In this document: one piece after another, positions 60,331 to 64,000 of the stretch | Numbering within the stretch: position 1 is the stretch's first letter | Layout of the letters: each line of letters starts with the position of its first letter | Assembly: GCA_964291405.2 (NCBI GenBank) | Contig: OZ219926.1 | Span: 2,048,001-2,112,000, forward strand | Direction of reading: 5' to 3' | Length of the DNA stretch: 64,000 bases | From: Thermodesulfobacteriota bacterium | GTDB taxonomy: Bacteria; Desulfobacterota; Binatia; Bin18 | The notes under the pieces: generated by a model | Database searches by the model: none | Told to the model about the DNA's origin: nothing | Seen by the model: only the letters and a program-made list of their open reading frames with translations | Position numbers and translations under genes: made by a program

Positions 60331-61251
60331 TCAGAGCTCCCCTCGAGCGACCTTGATGAAGACATCCTCAAGCGTTGGGCGTGAGACATGGATGTCGACA
60401 ATAGGGCTACCGCTCTGTGTCAAGTGCCGGAGTAAGGGGTCGAGTTGGTGGGTTGGATCATCGAGGACAAAACGCAAGGCGTGATCTCCGTTCTGCTCAA
60501 TCCGAGATATGCCATTCAGTTGACGGATGGGGGTGAGATCAGACCCGGCTTGAAAGGTTACCTCTACGACCTGGTGCGGAATGAGCCGCTTAATATGAGC
60601 AGCCGTATCAACTCGGAGAATCTCGCCTTGACTTAAAAAGGCAATCCTCCCACACAACTCTTCGACTTCGTTCATATTATGTGAGGTGAACAGAATGGTT
60701 GTTTTTCGTTCCTGTTGAACGGCTTGCAGCGCCCGCCGGGTTTTTTCAGCAATGTCCGGATCGAGGCCAACGGTACACTCATCGAGCAGCAAGAGCTCCG
60801 GGTCGTTCAGAAAGCCTTTACACAAGGTGACGCGGGTATGTTGGCCCGAGCTGAGGTGCTGTAAGCGGCGTTTGGCCAGGTCTGTAATCTCGAAGCGTTC
60901 GAGCAGTTCGTCGATTTTCCGGGGAAGATGTCTGACGCCATAGATGTGGCCATAAACCATCAGATTTTCCCACACGGTCAGCACGCCGTTCATACTGGTA
61001 AACGCCGCGGCCACATTCATCCGACGCCGAATGGCAACGTGGTTGGAGGCAAAATCGTGATCGAAAATTCGGATTGAACCGCTGTCGGCAATGATGAGGC
61101 CAAGCAGGATATTGATCGTGGTGGATTTCCCTGCTCCGTTCGGACCGAGCAAGCCAAAAAATTCTCCCCGCTCCACATCTAACGAGAGACCCCGGAGGGC
61201 TTCAACCGTACCATAACGTTTCCGCAGGTCACGGATTTCAAGGAGAGCCAT
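60331..61251 (-). CDS. ABC transporter ATP-binding protein
   Basis: Walker A GPNGAGKST, LSSGQ, LLLDE, SH. Confidence 0.93.
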   Translation of the reverse strand: MALLEIRDLRKRYGTVEALRGLSLDVERGEFFGLLGPNGAGKSTTINILLGLIIADSGSIRIFDHDFASNHVAIRRRMNVAAAFTSMNGVLTVWENLMVYGHIYGVRHLPRKIDELLERFEITDLAKRRLQHLSSGQHTRVTLCKGFLNDPELLLLDECTVGLDPDIAEKTRRALQAVQQERKTTILFTSHNMNEVEELCGRIAFLSQGEILRVDTAAHIKRLIPHQVVEVTFQAGSDLTPIRQLNGISRIEQNGDHALRFVLDDPTHQLDPLLRHLTQSGSPIVDIHVSRPTLEDVFIKVARGEL

Positions 61252-61315
61252 GGGCGAGTAATGAGAGAGGTATAAGCGGCGCGAATATGGAGCGAGGTAC
61301 ACCCGCCCCATACGC

Positions 61316-62566
61316 TTAGATCACGCCTTTTTCTTGAAGCTGGGCGACTTCTTCGCGGCTGAGTCCGGCAAAGTGGGTGTAAATCTGCTCGTTATCATGG
61401 CCAACGGGCACGGACCCACGCCAGATCTTGCCCGGTGTGGCGGAAAAGGACGGACTAACGCCAGTCCCTTTGACCCGGCCAACCTGATTGTCCTCCCACT
61501 CGACATGGACGTTCCGGGCCTCGTAGTGCGGATCTTCCGCCATATCCCTGCTGTTCATAATCGGACAGCAGGCGACCTGGGCAGCATTCATCTGTTCAAC
61601 CGCTTCCTCGACCGTTCGTTCGGCAATCCAGCCGCGCAGCAGGGCGTCAAACTCGATACCTTCCATGCCGTTGACATCGACACTGGCCCGCTGCCATTTC
61701 TCTTCTTCCGGGTCGAGATCCAGGACTCGGCACACCCGGGAAAAAACCGCCTGGCCGACCGCGCCGACCACCACCCAGCCATCGCTGGCCTGAAACGCAT
61801 CGTAGGGTTGAAACGCGGTGGCTTTATTACCCGTTCGCTCGCGGACAAAGCCATTGCTGAAATACTCGACCATCGTCCCCGAGAGCAGGCGGTGGATGGC
61901 CTCGAACTGCGAGATATCAACGACTTGCCCCGTGCCGGTGCGTTGTGCGGAAATATAGCCGGCCAGGGACGACCACAGGCAAAACAGGGCTGTAATATAG
62001 TCGGCCGTCCAGGGGTTGGCCCGTACCGGCGGATCAGGGTCGGGAAAGCCGGTCTGGTACATCAGTCCACCAAAAGCCTGGCCGATCATGTCGTACGAGG
62101 CCCGACTCAGGTAGTCCTGGTGACCGGACTGACCGTAGCCGGAGACATGGGCGATGACGAGCTTGGGGTTGGCCTGGAGCACGGCTTCATCGGTCAGGCC
62201 CCACTTGGCATAGGAGCCGGTCTTTGAACTCTCCATCCAGATGTCACACGACTTGACCAGCTTGAGAAACAGTTCCTTGCCCTCGGGCTTGCTGAAGTCC
62301 AGCGTGACATACCACTCGTTCCGCCGTTCCTGAATCCAGGTGGTGGCCACCTGCCCCTGGCCGTCTGTGGTTGGCAGTTGCATCCCCAGATGACGCCAGG
62401 ACGCGTCGCCCTCTCCGGTACGTTCGATCTGGATGACCTCGGCACCCATTTCCGCGGCCAAGGCCGCGGCAAACGGCTGGGCGACTAAAGTTCCGCTTGA
62501 TACAATCCGCACGCCCTGCAACGGGCCGAACTGTTCGGGTAGCAGTGATGCCGGACGAGTCTCCAT
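61316..62566 (-). CDS. Family III CoA-transferase (CaiB/BaiF)
   Basis: PLQGVRI, AEMGAEVI.IE, SGYGQ.G, YD...QA.GG, AD. Confidence 0.9.
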   Translation of the reverse strand: METRPASLLPEQFGPLQGVRIVSSGTLVAQPFAAALAAEMGAEVIQIERTGEGDASWRHLGMQLPTTDGQGQVATTWIQERRNEWYVTLDFSKPEGKELFLKLVKSCDIWMESSKTGSYAKWGLTDEAVLQANPKLVIAHVSGYGQSGHQDYLSRASYDMIGQAFGGLMYQTGFPDPDPPVRANPWTADYITALFCLWSSLAGYISAQRTGTGQVVDISQFEAIHRLLSGTMVEYFSNGFVRERTGNKATAFQPYDAFQASDGWVVVGAVGQAVFSRVCRVLDLDPEEEKWQRASVDVNGMEGIEFDALLRGWIAERTVEEAVEQMNAAQVACCPIMNSRDMAEDPHYEARNVHVEWEDNQVGRVKGTGVSPSFSATPGKIWRGSVPVGHDNEQIYTHFAGLSREEVAQLQEKGVI

Positions 62567-62723
62567 ACCGATCCTCCCATATATCCTGCAATATGCTGTC
62601 CATCCCTAACGGAAATCGAGAATGAAGAAAAGACTGCTTGAACGGCTGGGGACAAGGCTGTATACCGCAGAGCAGACCGGCCCGGAGTTATGCTCTCGGA
62701 TCGGTCAAGAATAAGGAGGACCT

Positions 62724-63032
62724 ATGTATAAAGTCATTGGGATTCTCAAGCGGCCTGAGGGGATGGGAATGGCAGATTTTCGCCGCTGGTGGTTGGAAGA
62801 ACACGCCCCCAAGGTGAAGCAATGGCCCGGCTTGAAACGGTATTGTATTAACCTGGCAACAACCGACGACCAGCGCTACGACGGCGTGGCCGAGGTCTGG
62901 TTTGAGACACAGGCAGATATGGACAAGGTCTTTGGGACCTCTGAAGGCCAGACGGCCAGAAACAGCGCGACGGGCGGCTCCGCGGAAATTGTGATCTTAT
63001 TAACGGAAGAAAACGTGATGGTGGACGGATAG
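62724..63032 (+). CDS. EthD-family protein
   Basis: F..WW..EH, PGL.RY and YDGVAEVWF motifs. AAGGAGG RBS. Confidence 0.85.
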   Translation: MYKVIGILKRPEGMGMADFRRWWLEEHAPKVKQWPGLKRYCINLATTDDQRYDGVAEVWFETQADMDKVFGTSEGQTARNSATGGSAEIVILLTEENVMVDG

Positions 63033-63060
63033 AGCGATAGAGAATAGAGAGAAGAGATAG

Positions 63061-63097
63061 ACAAGGGGGCGGTGTCCGGACCGCCCCTTTGTTTTTT
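63061..63097 (+). terminator. Rho-independent terminator
   Basis: ACAAGGGGGCGGT-GTCCGG-ACCGCCCCTTTGT followed by a T-run, between convergent genes. Confidence 0.75.
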
Positions 63098-63110
63098 AGC
63101 GATCAGTTTT

Positions 63111-64000
63111 TTAGCGATCCGTACTGCGCAAAACCTGTCCGGGTAAGCCCCCCTGATACTCGTCATCTTGGTACAGAACCTGGCCGGATACGACCGTCGT
63201 CTTGATCCCTTTGGATTTGGCAACAAAGCGTTTCCCGCCGCCGGGCAGGTCCCAGACATATTCCGGGTCTTTGGCATCGACCGTGTCGGGATCGAACAGC
63301 GTGAGGTCAGCCACCAGGCCCGGGGCAATGCGCCCCCGGTTGGGAATACCGAACAGATCGGCCGGGACTGAGGTCAGCCGCCGGACGCCCTCTTCAATGC
63401 TCAACACCTGATTGTCCCGCACCCAGCGACCGAGCAGATAGGTCGCGTACCCCGCATCGCACAACATGTCCACGTGCGCCCCACCGTCGGACAAGCCGAT
63501 CAGAAAGCGGGGGTCACTGACCAGATTTTTCACCCCTTCGGGTTCGAAATTGAACGCCTGAAGGTCGAACATCAACTCCAGGCGGTCGGCCACCGCCAGG
63601 TCAAGAAAAGCGTCAACCACATCCTTGCCCTGGTCGCGAGCAATCTCGGCCACCGTTTTCTTGCTGGCAACATGCGGTTTGACCGCTTCAGTGTGGGCAT
63701 CAATCACGGTCATCCGCCCCCACTGGCCGCGAAAGATCCGGCGCTTATCCATCTCTTCGCGAAAGGCGTTGCGAAAGCCCGGATCGGCATAAATCTGCAT
63801 CTGCTCTTCGACACTCTTGTTGAAGACATGGTGCCAGGCCGAAAAAATCGCGAAGATGAACGGGTTCTTCATATTGAACTGGACCCGCAGCGGGCGGCAG
63901 GTGACCTGCGGTACGGCTTTGTCCCAACCGAGGATAGGTTGGACCTTCTCCACGGCGTTGAGGTAGGACTCCGGCTTGCCCGGCTTATTGAACAGGGCCA
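63111..64000 (-). CDS. N-acyl-D-amino-acid deacylase-like amidohydrolase (5' end outside window)
   Basis: GLSDGGAH..M.CD, LTS.PA..FG..RG.I.PG..ADL..FDP, D.PGG. Frame stays open to the window edge. Confidence 0.85.
   Translation of the reverse strand, partial: ALFNKPGKPESYLNAVEKVQPILGWDKAVPQVTCRPLRVQFNMKNPFIFAIFSAWHHVFNKSVEEQMQIYADPGFRNAFREEMDKRRIFRGQWGRMTVIDAHTEAVKPHVASKKTVAEIARDQGKDVVDAFLDLAVADRLELMFDLQAFNFEPEGVKNLVSDPRFLIGLSDGGAHVDMLCDAGYATYLLGRWVRDNQVLSIEEGVRRLTSVPADLFGIPNRGRIAPGLVADLTLFDPDTVDAKDPEYVWDLPGGGKRFVAKSKGIKTTVVSGQVLYQDDEYQGGLPGQVLRSTDR

Overview
A 64 kb GC-rich bacterial chromosomal segment. Its gene mix resembles Binatota/'deltaproteobacterial' sponge-symbiont genomes, but that is inference and was not tested. 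Positions 1-27.6 kb and 56-64 kb are accessory and catabolic: four amidohydrolases, two Baeyer-Villiger monooxygenases, two LLM oxidoreductases, an acyl-CoA dehydrogenase pair, a CoA-transferase, hydrolases and methyltransferases. They also carry two type II TA pairs, a stand-alone SIR2-like gene, a DUF4145/HEPN-like gene and a Uma2 gene. Positions 27.7-56.3 kb are housekeeping: aminotransferase-serA-purA, a dcw cluster (mraZ to ftsZ) that lacks murF, radical SAM-acpS, and a 2-oxoacid/acetoin dehydrogenase E1a-E1b-E2 set. The most striking unexplained signal is a 54-bp palindromic element (17-bp arms, 20-nt loop, consensus arm AAAGAGTAAACGTGTCC). It occurs four times with compensatory base changes, each time inside an open reading frame at a protein terminus: the N-terminus of a histidine phosphatase, twice in the N-terminal extension of MurC, and the C-terminus of FtsQ. 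This resembles Rickettsia palindromic elements. No rRNA, tRNA, transposase or CRISPR-cas locus was recognised.
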